NCBI GenBank assembly: GCA_963786955.1
Contig: CAWBAT010000005.1
Span: 672,001-736,000, forward strand
Length of the DNA stretch: 64,000 bases
Direction: 5' to 3'
Origin: an uncultured Acidimicrobiia bacterium
GTDB lineage: Bacteria > Acidobacteriota > Terriglobia > Versatilivoradales > Versatilivoraceae
Below, piece after piece: positions 21,550-31,407 of the stretch. The translations under genes were made by a program, and so were the position numbers. Positions within the stretch are counted from its first letter, which is position 1. Each line of letters begins with the position of its first letter. The notes beneath the pieces are model-generated. The model was not told the DNA's origin. It ran no database searches and saw only the letters and a program-made list of their open reading frames with translations.

Positions 21550-21903
21550 ATGCAAGATTATTTCCCGTTAATTCTGATGTTCGTGGTGACAGGCTTACTC
21601 GTTGGAGTCATCCTTTTCTTAGCCAGCCTCCTCGGACCGAAGAAACCGAGCCTGATGAAGAATTCTCCTTTTGAGTGTGGCTATCAGCCATTTCAGTTGC
21701 CCACCGACCGTTTCTTCATTCGCTTCTACCTCATTGCGATGCTTTTCATCTTGTTTGACATTGAAGTGATCTTTCTCTATCCCTGGGCGGTCGTTTTCAA
21801 GTCCCTTGGATTGAGAGGCTTTATGGGGATTGTAGTCTTTATTCTGGTTCTCGGGGCTGGTTACATTTACGCATGGAAGAAGGGTGCGTTCCAATGGGAG
21901 TAG
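21550..21903 (+). CDS. nuoA: NADH-quinone oxidoreductase subunit A
   Basis: PFECG, RFYLIAMLFILFDIE, WKKGAFQW. Confidence 0.97.
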   Translation: MQDYFPLILMFVVTGLLVGVILFLASLLGPKKPSLMKNSPFECGYQPFQLPTDRFFIRFYLIAMLFILFDIEVIFLYPWAVVFKSLGLRGFMGIVVFILVLGAGYIYAWKKGAFQWE

Positions 21904-21937
21904 CTTCACGTCTGATGGAGGCTGCTTTCACCGTTTT

Positions 21938-22966
21938 ATGTCGATTCAAGAGATAAAACGAAGGCTACATTCACTTAGCGGTGTTGTAAAGGATGAGGCT
22001 CAGATCCTCATTCTGATGCATGACAACCCAGATCCTGACTCCCTAGCCAGTGCTTTTGGGCTTCAATATCTACTCAACAGTCTCGCTGGGAAGCCTTCGT
22101 TAATTGGTTATTCGGGAATTGTAGGGCGGGCTGAGAATCGGGCAATGATCAAGCATCTGGACATCAGGCTTTGTCCGTTATCAAGAATTCCCATCAAAGA
22201 ATATCCCTGTATCGCCATGGTGGACACCCAACCTTCGACTGGAAACAATTCGCTGCCGACCAGACTCTTGCCTAAGATTGTCTTCGACCATCATCCGTTC
22301 CGGTCGGCCAGCCGGAGAGTCGCCTATCGAGAAATTAAGACGAAGTACAACGTCACTGCTTCGATCATCACCGAGTATTTGATCGCCTCGAAGCTTGAGT
22401 TCGATTTCAAACTCGCAACGGCACTTTTTTATGCCATCAAAAGTGAGACCGAGGGGCTCTCCAGAGAAGTCGGCAAGATCGAAGCCCGCTTGAGACATTA
22501 TCTCTATCCCCATGTAGATCAGAAGCTCTTAGCGAACATCGAGAATGCCCGCGTGAGCAAAGAGTACTTCCAGACGATACACTCCGCACTGGAAAACAGT
22601 ATGATTTACGGGGACGCCGTAGTCGCTAAGATTGAAAATGTTCAAAATCCGCACATCGTTGCCGAAGTTGCCGATTTTTTGATGAGGCTAGAAAAAATCA
22701 AATGGGGCTTTTGTTTCGGGACCTACAACGGAGATGTTCTGATTTCGGCACGGACTATCGAGCGCAGTAACGACGCGGGGAGCCTGATGCGAGAAGCCTT
22801 TGGGGATTTGGGGGCTGCCGGGGGACATGAAATGATGGCAGGGGCCAAGATTAGCCTCAAAACTACGTCTCTCCAGGGTAAGAGATCCTTCGTACGTCAA
22901 TTAATTTTCAAAGCGCTGGAGCTGACGGGAAATGACCCGAAAGATGGGGAAAGGCTGGTCGAATAA
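21938..22966 (+). CDS. DHH-family phosphoesterase
   Basis: HDNPDPDS, FDHH, AGGHEMMAG motifs. Confidence 0.9.
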   Translation: MSIQEIKRRLHSLSGVVKDEAQILILMHDNPDPDSLASAFGLQYLLNSLAGKPSLIGYSGIVGRAENRAMIKHLDIRLCPLSRIPIKEYPCIAMVDTQPSTGNNSLPTRLLPKIVFDHHPFRSASRRVAYREIKTKYNVTASIITEYLIASKLEFDFKLATALFYAIKSETEGLSREVGKIEARLRHYLYPHVDQKLLANIENARVSKEYFQTIHSALENSMIYGDAVVAKIENVQNPHIVAEVADFLMRLEKIKWGFCFGTYNGDVLISARTIERSNDAGSLMREAFGDLGAAGGHEMMAGAKISLKTTSLQGKRSFVRQLIFKALELTGNDPKDGERLVE

Positions 22967-22975
22967 TATAGCCCT

Positions 22976-24330
22976 ATGACAACTCCATCCGTCGATGTTC
23001 AGCAATCGAGCTGACAACCCATAGTACCCTGCTGAATATCGGTCCTTCTCATCCGGCCATGCATGGTGTGATTCGAATCATCACCCAGCTGGAAGGTGAG
23101 ACGATTGTTAAGGCTGATATTGAAATTGGTTATCTACACCGTGGGTTTGAAAAAAGTTGTGAACAGGGAGGTTACAACCACCCTATCCCTTATACCGACC
23201 GGCTGAACTATGTTTCCCCGCTCATCAACAATTTTGGCTACTGCATGGCGGTGGAAAAGCTCATGGGAATCCAGGTCACGGAAAGATGCCAGTATATTCG
23301 GGTACTCATGAGCGAGATTTCTAGGGTTTGTGACCACCTCACTTGTATCGGGGCCTCGGCCATGGAACTCGGGGCCATGACTGTTTTCTTGTATATGATC
23401 AAGGCGCGTGAATTTCTGTGGGAGCTAGTAGAGTCTGTGACTGGTGCGCGCTTGACGATATCTTATGGGCGAGTCGGAGGCGTGAGCGGGGATCTCCCAG
23501 CGGACTTCGGCGCAAACGCCGCTGGCACGTTCAAGAAAGTGCGCGAAGTGCTTATCGAAGTGGACCGTTTACTCTCGCGCAACCGAATTTTCGTCGACCG
23601 CATGCAAGGCACCGGTTTAATCAAGCGGGAAGATGCCATCGCTTACAGTTTCACCGGACCGGTAGCACGGTCTGTCGGGATTGACTATGACGTTCGACGG
23701 GATCAGCCCTACATGGTCTATGATCAACTGCAGTTTGATGTCCCCCTCGGGTCCATGGGTGACAATCTGGACCGTTACCATGTACGGATGGAGGAGATGC
23801 AACAGAGTCTACGCATCGCAGAACAAGCATTGAATAAAATGCCCAAAGGACCTGTTCAGGTGGATTCCGAAGGGAAAGTCGTTGAAGCGCATGAAATGGT
23901 GGATCGCGCAAAAATGGGCCGAACCCGAGGGATCCGAGATACTTTGGTCCAGCTATCTCCGAATCTGGAAGGGTTGGAAGGCCCCGCGTATGACGAGGTC
24001 ACTGCCAAGGAAAAACGGGCCGTACTTCCTGCCAAGAGCGACACATACGGAAACATTGAAGGGCTCATGAACCATTTCATGCTGATCATGCACGGTCATG
24101 GAATCCATCCGCCAAAAGGTGAAGCTTATGCTGCGGTTGAAGCCGCCAACGGTGAGCTGGGCTTTTATGTTGTCAGTGATGGCTCCGATCGACCGTATCG
24201 GGTTCGAGTACGTCCCCCCTGCTTCACTCTGATGGCAGGCCTTCACAAAATGATTGAAGGGTCTATGATGGCGGACCTCATTCCTACTTTCGGCTCGATC
24301 AATATGATTGCCGGAGAACTGGACCGATGA
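22976..24330 (+). CDS. nuoD: NADH-quinone oxidoreductase subunit D (frameshift ~23003)
   Basis: LNIGPSHPAMHG, IGYLHRGFEK, DRLNY, RVRPP, GELDR. Confidence 0.95.
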
Positions 24331-24502
24331 ATCTCGAAGCACATCGTTCTCGATTAGGGAATTCTTAGGCTTATTTCAGCAGGGGGAAGTTGACACAGGG
24401 TCTCCCGTTTGTCAGCCGAAGCTTGGCCGCCCTTAAGGCTTATGGTTTGATTTTAGAAGTTGAAGGCTGCGCTTAATCTTCAATTCAGAGAATCTCGGAA
24501 AC

Positions 24503-25780
24503 ATGGCAGAACTCGCACTTTTAAGAGACGTGCAGGAAAGAAATCTGATGACGGTCGAAGACTACCGTCAGGTGAATGGTTTCGAGACGCTTCGCAAATC
24601 TCTTTTTGAGATGAAACCCGAACAGGTCACCGAGGAAGTCAAGAAGTCGGGATTGAGAGGCCGCGGAGGTGCAGGTTTTCCAACTGGAATGAAATGGAGC
24701 TTTATTCCGAAAAACTTGGATAAGCCTCACTATCTGGTGATTAATGCCGACGAAAGCGAGCCTGGAACCTGCAAGGACCGCGTGATTATTGAAAAAAACC
24801 CTTTCCTGCTGATGGAAGGGATCGCTATCGCGAGCTACGCAATCGGGGCGCACACCTGTTATCTCTACATCCGGGGAGAATATTACGAACAGGCCATGAT
24901 CCTCAAAAAGGCCATCGAGGATGCTTATCACTACGGTTACTTCGGAAAGAATATCATGGGTTCCGGCTTCGATCTGGATGTTTATCTCCATCGCGGTGCG
25001 GGGGCCTATATCTGTGGTGAAGAAACCGGCTTGCTGCAATCACTGGAGGGTAAGAAAGGTTGGCCCCGTTTAAAACCTCCCTTCCCTGCTACCTATGGTC
25101 TTTATGGCTGCCCTACAGTCATTAACAATGTAGAAACCATTTCCGCAGTCGTCCCCATTTTACAACGAGGAGGAGACTGGTACGCCAGCCTTGGTACTCC
25201 CAAGAATGGGGGAACGCGACTCTTTTCGGTAAGCGGTCATGTCAAGAAGCCAGGAAATTACGAACTGCCCATGGGGACTTCGCTGCGAACCATCATTTAC
25301 GATATTGCGGGGGGCATTAAAGGCGACAAGAAGTTAAAAGCGGTCATTCCTGGGGGCAGTTCAGTGCCGGTGCTGACAGCCGAAGAAATTGACGTTAAGA
25401 TGGATTTCGATTCCGTGGCGGCGATTGGTTCCCTGTTGGGTTCCGGGGGAGTAATCGTCATGGACGAAAGCACGTGTATGGTGAAAGCGCTATTGCGGAT
25501 TTCGAAGTTTTATGACCATGAGTCCTGCGGACAGTGCACACCTTGCCGGGAAGGGACCGCCTGGTTGAGAAAAACCCTCCAGCGCGTCTTTGACGGGCAG
25601 GCTCAGCCTAGGGATCTGGATCAATTGATGGATGTTGCTTTTAATATGATGGGGACAACGATCTGCGCGCTTTCAGATGCAGCCGCGATGCCGGTGCGCA
25701 GTTTTCTTCAAAAATTTCGCCAAGAATTCGAATATCACGTCCACGAAAAGCATTGTGATGTCGCGCGGCGCAAGAGTTAA
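24503..25780 (+). CDS. nuoF: NADH-quinone oxidoreductase subunit F
   Basis: GLRGRGGAGFPTG, NADESEPG, GAGAYICGEET, ESCGQCTPCREG. Confidence 0.97.
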   Translation: MAELALLRDVQERNLMTVEDYRQVNGFETLRKSLFEMKPEQVTEEVKKSGLRGRGGAGFPTGMKWSFIPKNLDKPHYLVINADESEPGTCKDRVIIEKNPFLLMEGIAIASYAIGAHTCYLYIRGEYYEQAMILKKAIEDAYHYGYFGKNIMGSGFDLDVYLHRGAGAYICGEETGLLQSLEGKKGWPRLKPPFPATYGLYGCPTVINNVETISAVVPILQRGGDWYASLGTPKNGGTRLFSVSGHVKKPGNYELPMGTSLRTIIYDIAGGIKGDKKLKAVIPGGSSVPVLTAEEIDVKMDFDSVAAIGSLLGSGGVIVMDESTCMVKALLRISKFYDHESCGQCTPCREGTAWLRKTLQRVFDGQAQPRDLDQLMDVAFNMMGTTICALSDAAAMPVRSFLQKFRQEFEYHVHEKHCDVARRKS

Positions 25781-25820
25781 CAGCGGTCCACGGATCGCGG
25801 CAGAGTAATATCGAGTTCCT

Positions 25821-27446
25821 ATGCCAACGGTTACAATAAATCAACAGTCCATCGTTATTCCCGAAGGGACCACGATTATTCAAGCAGCCCAACAGTTGGG
25901 GATCGAGATCCCTCATTACTGTTATCACCCCGGGCTCAGCACCGCCGGTTCCTGCCGCATGTGTCTGGTGGAAATAGAGAAAAATCCCAAGTTACAACCT
26001 GCTTGCTATACCCGAATATCGGATGGGATGGTGATTTACACCAATACCGAGAAAGTGAAGCAGATGGTGAGCGGCGTTCTGGAATTCCTGCTCATTAACC
26101 ATCCGCTGGACTGTCCTGTGTGCGACCAGGCCGGTGAGTGCTTTTTGCAGGAATATTATATGAAGTTCGGGCTTTACGACAGCCGGATGAACGAAGACAA
26201 GATCAAACGGCATAAGGCCCAGGCGATTGGCCCGCATGTCATGCTGGACACCGAGCGGTGCATTCTATGTTCACGTTGCGTCCGCTTCGTCGAAGAGGTC
26301 TCGGATAGCCATGAGATTGGCATATTGAACCGCGGAGGTCGATCAGAAATTCGATTGCTTCCTGACAAGGCCCTGGACAATAACTATTCCGGAAATGTAG
26401 TCGATATTTGCCCGGTAGGGGCGTTGACGGATCGCAATTTCCGCTTCCAATGCAGGGTGTGGTATCTGGACAAGACCAATTCTGTCTGCAACGGTTGTAG
26501 CCGCGGCTGCAATATAACCGTGGAAGCCAATACCGAGCGGCCTCATCATGCTGAGGGCCGGCGCATTATGCGCTTAAAACCCCGCTACAACCCAGAAGTC
26601 AACCAGTGGTGGATCTGCGATATCGGTCGCTATGGTTTCGAATTCATCGACGACCCTTCACGCCTGGCAAGTTGTTTGGAGAGGCGAGAGGGTCAGCAAG
26701 AATCGATTGAATGGCATGAAGCACTCGGGAAAGCTTCTCAGCGGTTGTCTGATGCATTGCATCATCAGGGCGACGAATCGGCGGTCGTGATTGCCTCTCC
26801 ACAATTGACCAATGAAGATTTGTTCCTCATTCGAAGGTTCTTCGGGGAAGACCTGGGACTATCGAAGATTGATTATCGCGTACCAGAGCGAAGCTTGTCG
26901 GCAGGAGATAACGTTCTCCTTCTCGCGGATCGAAACCCGAATACGCGGGGAGCAGATGCCATCTTAAAGAGCGGTGGCGGGTTTAGTTTGCACCAGTTGC
27001 TACAATCCCCAACGACCCAAAGCTTCAAACTGCTCTATCTCTTCGAACAGGATCTTGTAAAGAAGCTTGGCGAAGAAGACGCAAAGTCCTTTCTTTCTAG
27101 CTTTGAATATGTGATCTATCAGGGGACCAACGAGAATGAGACCTCTCGCCTGGCCGATTTAGTTTTACCGAGCGCTACGTATGCTGAAGTTGAGGGAACC
27201 TTTACCAATTTTGAAGGAAGAGTCCAGAAAATTAACCGAGCCGTGGCACCATGGGGAGATTCCCTCCCCACTTGGCAGATAATGGCCAAGCTGGCAGAAA
27301 CGCATGGAAAAACATACCCTTATGATTGTTCTGAAGACGTATTTGCGGAACTAGCTGACCGAGTGCCCGAATTTGAAAATTTGAGCTATTCCAAGATGGG
27401 TGATCGAGGGACAAAAACGATCACAACCGGCCAGATGAAAGCGTAG
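25821..27446 (+). CDS. nuoG: NADH-quinone oxidoreductase subunit G (short form)
   Basis: IPHYCYHP..GSCRMC, HPLDCPVCDQAGEC, CILCSRC, DICPVGAL. Confidence 0.93.
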   Translation: MPTVTINQQSIVIPEGTTIIQAAQQLGIEIPHYCYHPGLSTAGSCRMCLVEIEKNPKLQPACYTRISDGMVIYTNTEKVKQMVSGVLEFLLINHPLDCPVCDQAGECFLQEYYMKFGLYDSRMNEDKIKRHKAQAIGPHVMLDTERCILCSRCVRFVEEVSDSHEIGILNRGGRSEIRLLPDKALDNNYSGNVVDICPVGALTDRNFRFQCRVWYLDKTNSVCNGCSRGCNITVEANTERPHHAEGRRIMRLKPRYNPEVNQWWICDIGRYGFEFIDDPSRLASCLERREGQQESIEWHEALGKASQRLSDALHHQGDESAVVIASPQLTNEDLFLIRRFFGEDLGLSKIDYRVPERSLSAGDNVLLLADRNPNTRGADAILKSGGGFSLHQLLQSPTTQSFKLLYLFEQDLVKKLGEEDAKSFLSSFEYVIYQGTNENETSRLADLVLPSATYAEVEGTFTNFEGRVQKINRAVAPWGDSLPTWQIMAKLAETHGKTYPYDCSEDVFAELADRVPEFENLSYSKMGDRGTKTITTGQMKA

Positions 27447-27559
27447 AGATGACTACGAGGAACCTCTTCTTTTCTGACTTTTCGTTGACAGATTTTGCTC
27501 CGAACCTTTTTCCCCACCCGAGATAGACGGCCTTTTTTGACGGAGACTGCTAAATAATT

Positions 27560-28642
27560 ATGCTGGCAACTCTTGGAATCGAACTCGCAAAGGTTTTGGT
27601 CGTATTAATTGGCGTCCTAAATCTGGCGGCTATTTTGACCTGGATGGAGCGAAAGCAAAGTGCCGTCATGCAAGACCGCATTGGGGCAAACCGGGCCTCG
27701 ATTTTTGGCTTTCGCTTGTTTGGACTTTTTCAAGTTCTCGCAGACGGATTAAAGATGTTTACCAAAGAAGAATTTGTTCCCGAAAAAGCCCATCGTTTCA
27801 TTCACACCCTGGCACCCTTTCTGGCTGCCTTCTTTGCGCTGATAGGCTTTGCCGTCATCCCGTTCGGAAATGTGGTCACGTTGTTTGGCCGCGAGATCAA
27901 TCTTCAGATCATTGATTTGAATGTAGGCGTTTTATTTATCTTTGCTGCCATGTCTCTCGGGATTTATGGGGTTGTGTTGGCTGGATGGTCCTCCAACAAT
28001 AATTATGCGTTTCTTGGCGGAATGCGCGGTAGTTCCCAAATGTTTTCTTACGAGATAACCATTGGGGCAACGATTCTGGGAGTACTCATGATCTTCGAGT
28101 CCATGAGCTTGCAAGATATTGTGAGAGGCCAGGGGCAGTTGCTCTGGGGATTTCTCCCTAAGTGGGGATTTGTTGTTCAGCCCATTGGATGCATTTTGTT
28201 TCTAGTTGCCGGAATAGCCGAAACCAAGCGTGTCCCTTTTGATCTGCCCGAAGGTGAATCTGAAATTATCGGTTATTTCGTCGAATACAGTAGCATGAAG
28301 TTTGGTCTGTTCATGCTTACTGACTTCGTTGAAACGGTTCTTATTGCTGCCTTGGTCACCACCCTATTCTTTGGTGGCTGGCAAGTGCCGTATTTGTACC
28401 AGAACGGCTTTTCTTTCCCCGGCGGGATGACGGTTGAAATTTCGCAAATCTGGGTCGCTCTCTTCCAGGTTCTGTCTTACGGAATTAAGGTCTTTTTCTT
28501 TTGTTGGCTTCTCTTATTAATCCGGTGGACCTTGCCGCGCTTTCGTTATGACCAGCTCATGCGGCTTGGCTGGCAGATGATTTTTCCGCTCTCGATTCTG
28601 AACCTGCTGGTCACGGGCGCGGTAATCCTCCTCCTTCAATAA
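27560..28642 (+). CDS. nuoH: NADH-quinone oxidoreductase subunit H
   Basis: ERK..MQDRIG, ADGLKMFTKE, RVPFDLPEGESE, PRFRYDQLM. Confidence 0.97.
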   Translation: MLATLGIELAKVLVVLIGVLNLAAILTWMERKQSAVMQDRIGANRASIFGFRLFGLFQVLADGLKMFTKEEFVPEKAHRFIHTLAPFLAAFFALIGFAVIPFGNVVTLFGREINLQIIDLNVGVLFIFAAMSLGIYGVVLAGWSSNNNYAFLGGMRGSSQMFSYEITIGATILGVLMIFESMSLQDIVRGQGQLLWGFLPKWGFVVQPIGCILFLVAGIAETKRVPFDLPEGESEIIGYFVEYSSMKFGLFMLTDFVETVLIAALVTTLFFGGWQVPYLYQNGFSFPGGMTVEISQIWVALFQVLSYGIKVFFFCWLLLLIRWTLPRFRYDQLMRLGWQMIFPLSILNLLVTGAVILLLQ

Positions 28643-28659
28643 TTTCAAAGAATGGACTT

Positions 28660-29151
28660 ATGGAACGACGCGAATTGACTTTTGTCGAACGATTCTACCT
28701 GGTAGAAGTTTTCAAGGGGCTTTGGCTCACCGGACGGCACTTCTTCTTGAATTTGAGCAAACATATCAAGACACAACTCGGGCTCAATACTCTGGAAAAA
28801 GGCGCGGTGACTTTTCAGTACCCTGAAGAGCGGCGCCCCTTTTCCCCGCGCTATCGGAGCCGTCATCGGTTAACCCAGCGTGAAAACGGGAGTCCCCGTT
28901 GTGTTGCCTGCATGATGTGTGAAACAGCATGCCCAGCCCGTTGTATCTACATCGTGGCCGGCGAGCATCCAGATCCCAACGTCGAGAAATATCCCATCCG
29001 TTTTGATATCGACCTTGGCGTCTGCATTTTTTGCGGTTTTTGCGTAGAGGCTTGCCCGGAGGACGCGATTCGTATGGATACTGGAATCGTCGAGATTGCC
29101 GCCTACAGCCGAAAAGAAATGATTTATCATATTGAAGACCTACTGCAGTAG
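28660..29151 (+). CDS. nuoI: NADH-quinone oxidoreductase subunit I
   Basis: QYPEE, CVACMMCETACP, CIFCGFCVEACP. Confidence 0.95.
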   Translation: MERRELTFVERFYLVEVFKGLWLTGRHFFLNLSKHIKTQLGLNTLEKGAVTFQYPEERRPFSPRYRSRHRLTQRENGSPRCVACMMCETACPARCIYIVAGEHPDPNVEKYPIRFDIDLGVCIFCGFCVEACPEDAIRMDTGIVEIAAYSRKEMIYHIEDLLQ

Positions 29152-29219
29152 ATCATCCGATCGTCCTTTCCATTTTCCAGGCGTATCCGCCTCTAGCCTT
29201 CGCGGGTGGCGAAGACATG

Positions 29220-29309
29220 GGGCTTCAGTGGCAACGTGGCACATTCATAATTCCGATTGGAAATATTCATCAGACGTACAACATCTTCGTTCCATGCAAA
29301 ACACCATGA
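29220..29309 (+). pseudogene. Probable 3' tip of a deleted Rhs toxin domain
   Basis: Open frame GLQWQRGTFIIPIGNIHQTYNIFVPCKTP* whose TGA overlaps the next ATG (ATGA), the same coupling as in cassette 1; fused to a half hairpin. Confidence 0.4.
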
Positions 29310-29674
29310 GACTCCAGTTCGGATTAGCAATGCTGGCTTGTTGTGTTCTAGACGGGTGTCATACAACCCAGCCACCGGTCACGAGAGAAGCCCTTGTAGG
29401 AAGCTATGTCTACAAATCTGAAGACCCTGAAGGCAAGGCGACAGATCACGAGTGGGACCGTCTGACTTTACAAGCAGATGGGAAGTATGACCTCGTGGAA
29501 GAAGGACCAACTAAGCCCAGATCTGAAACTATAGGAAGGTGGACAAGTTGGGCCGGAGTCAAAGGCACAGAAGTCGTACTGGATAATGCGGGCTATCCGA
29601 TTCAGATAAAGGGAAATGAAATTAGGCTCTTGATCGATAACGATGTTGGGATATGGTACGCGAAATCAAAATGA
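29306..29674 (+). CDS. Putative lipoprotein, candidate orphan immunity protein
   Basis: MRLQFGLAMLACCVLDGC lipobox-like start; position within the Rhs region. Confidence 0.6.
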   Translation: MRLQFGLAMLACCVLDGCHTTQPPVTREALVGSYVYKSEDPEGKATDHEWDRLTLQADGKYDLVEEGPTKPRSETIGRWTSWAGVKGTEVVLDNAGYPIQIKGNEIRLLIDNDVGIWYAKSK

Positions 29675-29684
29675 AGCCCGCCGC

Positions 29685-29736
29685 TGTCAACGCTCATTTA
29701 GAATTGACCCCTTTTTAATCATCAGAATTGACCACC
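29685..29736. mobile_element. Isolated IS21-family-like terminus
   Basis: TGTCAACG start with two internal direct repeats AGAATTGACC, typical IS21 end architecture; no istAB follows. Confidence 0.55.
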
Positions 29737-29742
29737 CTGGCT

Positions 29743-29958
29743 GGTGGCGAAGACATGCGCCCTTTGCATGTCTTCGAAGAAGCTGACTCATTAAAGAGAA
29801 ATGAGAAAAACAAAACAGTGCCGCACTCAAGAGATTGAATTCTCGCCTTTCCTTAAAGCTTGGCATCTATCCTACTAAATAGAATAGTCTGTCATTCATT
29901 CCAATTCGCTCTTCCTTTTTCTTGTCGCAGAGAAAGGCGTAACCGGGCATCAGTCGCT
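29743..29958 (+). repeat. Rhs-cassette leader, copy A (REP-like hairpin plus conserved non-coding tract)
   Basis: ggtggcgaagacatgcgccctttgcatgtcttcg..ctcattaaagagaaatgag..cactcaagagattgaat..ggcatctatccta..ctgtcattcattcc. Confidence 0.9.
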
Positions 29959-31407
29959 GCCACTCGGAACAATGGGCAGATTACCGAATTTATCGATTCG
30001 GTTGCCGGGCAGACAGTCGATTACACCTACGACAGTTTGAATCGTTTGATAGCAGCCAGCACGACCGGGTCCCAGTGGGGTTTGAGCTTCAGCTATGATG
30101 GTTTTGGAAACCGTTTGAGCCAAACGGTAACGAAGGGATCTGCTCCGGCTAGCTCGCTCGCGATTAATCCAGCCACCAACCGGATCAGCTCGACCGGCTA
30201 CGTTTACGATGCGAATGGCAACTTGACGACCATGCCGAGTGGCACTTCAAGTCTCACGCTCAGTTATGATGTGGAGAATCGGCTGGCACAAGCCAGTACC
30301 ACATCAATGACCAATCGTTTCGGATATGATCTGGACAATCGTCAGGTCTATACAAACACACTTGGTTCGACAGTTGAATCCATTATCTTTTACGGAGCCT
30401 TTGGGGAACGATTGAAGGAGTACACTTTGCAATGGGGCAACTATCAAGCGATCCATTGGAATTTATACTTTGATGGGAAGCTGATTTGGCAGGATTACAA
30501 AATCACACCCCCTGCGAACGGCGGCATCCCAGGTTTTCAGGACCGACTGGGCTCGCGAATGGCTTATTTTCTGGCGTATTATCCCTTCGGCGAGGGGCAG
30601 GTCCCAGGCCGGGATTTTGCCACTTATTTGAGCACACCCTTTGGTATCGATTATGCGCACAACCGCTACTATGCTAGCAACTTGGGACGGTTCACCACGC
30701 CCGATCCGTATGGAGGAAGCGCCAATCTAGGAGATTCACAAAGCTGGAACCGGTATGCGTATGTAAACAACGATCCTGTGAACAGGAATGATCCATCGGG
30801 GCTCGATTATTATTACTATGGTCCCAGAGCAGGAAATGATTTCTTTGACTGGGAGTGGCTCTGCAGGTTCTTTGGCAACTGTTCGGGTGGGAATCCAGGT
30901 GGCCGAGGCGAAGGTCCGACTGTTGGTCCAGGAGGCCCTCGAGGTGTAGATCCTTACACAGAACCGTCACAGACAGTACCCGCAAACAACACGGTCTCGT
31001 CATCCCCTTGTAACTCGGCTGGAAACGCGCTAAGTCCACAGCAATATCAGGCGGTGGGATACGCTGCGCGAGCCTCGTGGCTGTACGGTCCGGAAGTCGG
31101 AGTTTGGTCGAATGCGGGTGCGTTGGCGATGTTCAAGCGTGGGCTGCCGCTAGATGCGCAGGTACTCTATGGCGGGTCACCAGCTTACGCGAATTACGCG
31201 TACGGGGTTTACGCGGCTGCAGCAGGGTTACCATTGAGCGTTGCATTTGCGGGTGCAAATGCTTATGCAAGTGTTTTTAGCTCTTACGAAAGAAAACCTC
31301 CGTATGACGAGAATTATAAATCGACGCCTGCCGAGAATATCCAAAATATTACCAAAGGGTACAACGACCAGAAAAACGGAACTCTATGCTCAATACCAAA
31401 TCAATGA
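29959..31407 (+). CDS. Headless Rhs core plus C-terminal toxin (Ntox44-like), cassette 1; no convincing start codon
   Basis: ATRNNGQI..YTYDSLNRL, YDGFGNR, YDANGN, GRFTTPDP, PVNRNDPSGL (30790); CT with ANYAYGVYAAAAG. Confidence 0.85.
   Translation, partial: ATRNNGQITEFIDSVAGQTVDYTYDSLNRLIAASTTGSQWGLSFSYDGFGNRLSQTVTKGSAPASSLAINPATNRISSTGYVYDANGNLTTMPSGTSSLTLSYDVENRLAQASTTSMTNRFGYDLDNRQVYTNTLGSTVESIIFYGAFGERLKEYTLQWGNYQAIHWNLYFDGKLIWQDYKITPPANGGIPGFQDRLGSRMAYFLAYYPFGEGQVPGRDFATYLSTPFGIDYAHNRYYASNLGRFTTPDPYGGSANLGDSQSWNRYAYVNNDPVNRNDPSGLDYYYYGPRAGNDFFDWEWLCRFFGNCSGGNPGGRGEGPTVGPGGPRGVDPYTEPSQTVPANNTVSSSPCNSAGNALSPQQYQAVGYAARASWLYGPEVGVWSNAGALAMFKRGLPLDAQVLYGGSPAYANYAYGVYAAAAGLPLSVAFAGANAYASVFSSYERKPPYDENYKSTPAENIQNITKGYNDQKNGTLCSIPNQ

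Noticed and set aside
29860-29958. ORF-track N-terminus MASILLNRIVCHSF.. as the real start of cassettes 1/2
   Set aside because: TTG start without a clear RBS, and the homologous frame is closed in the other three copies; not fully excluded for A/B.
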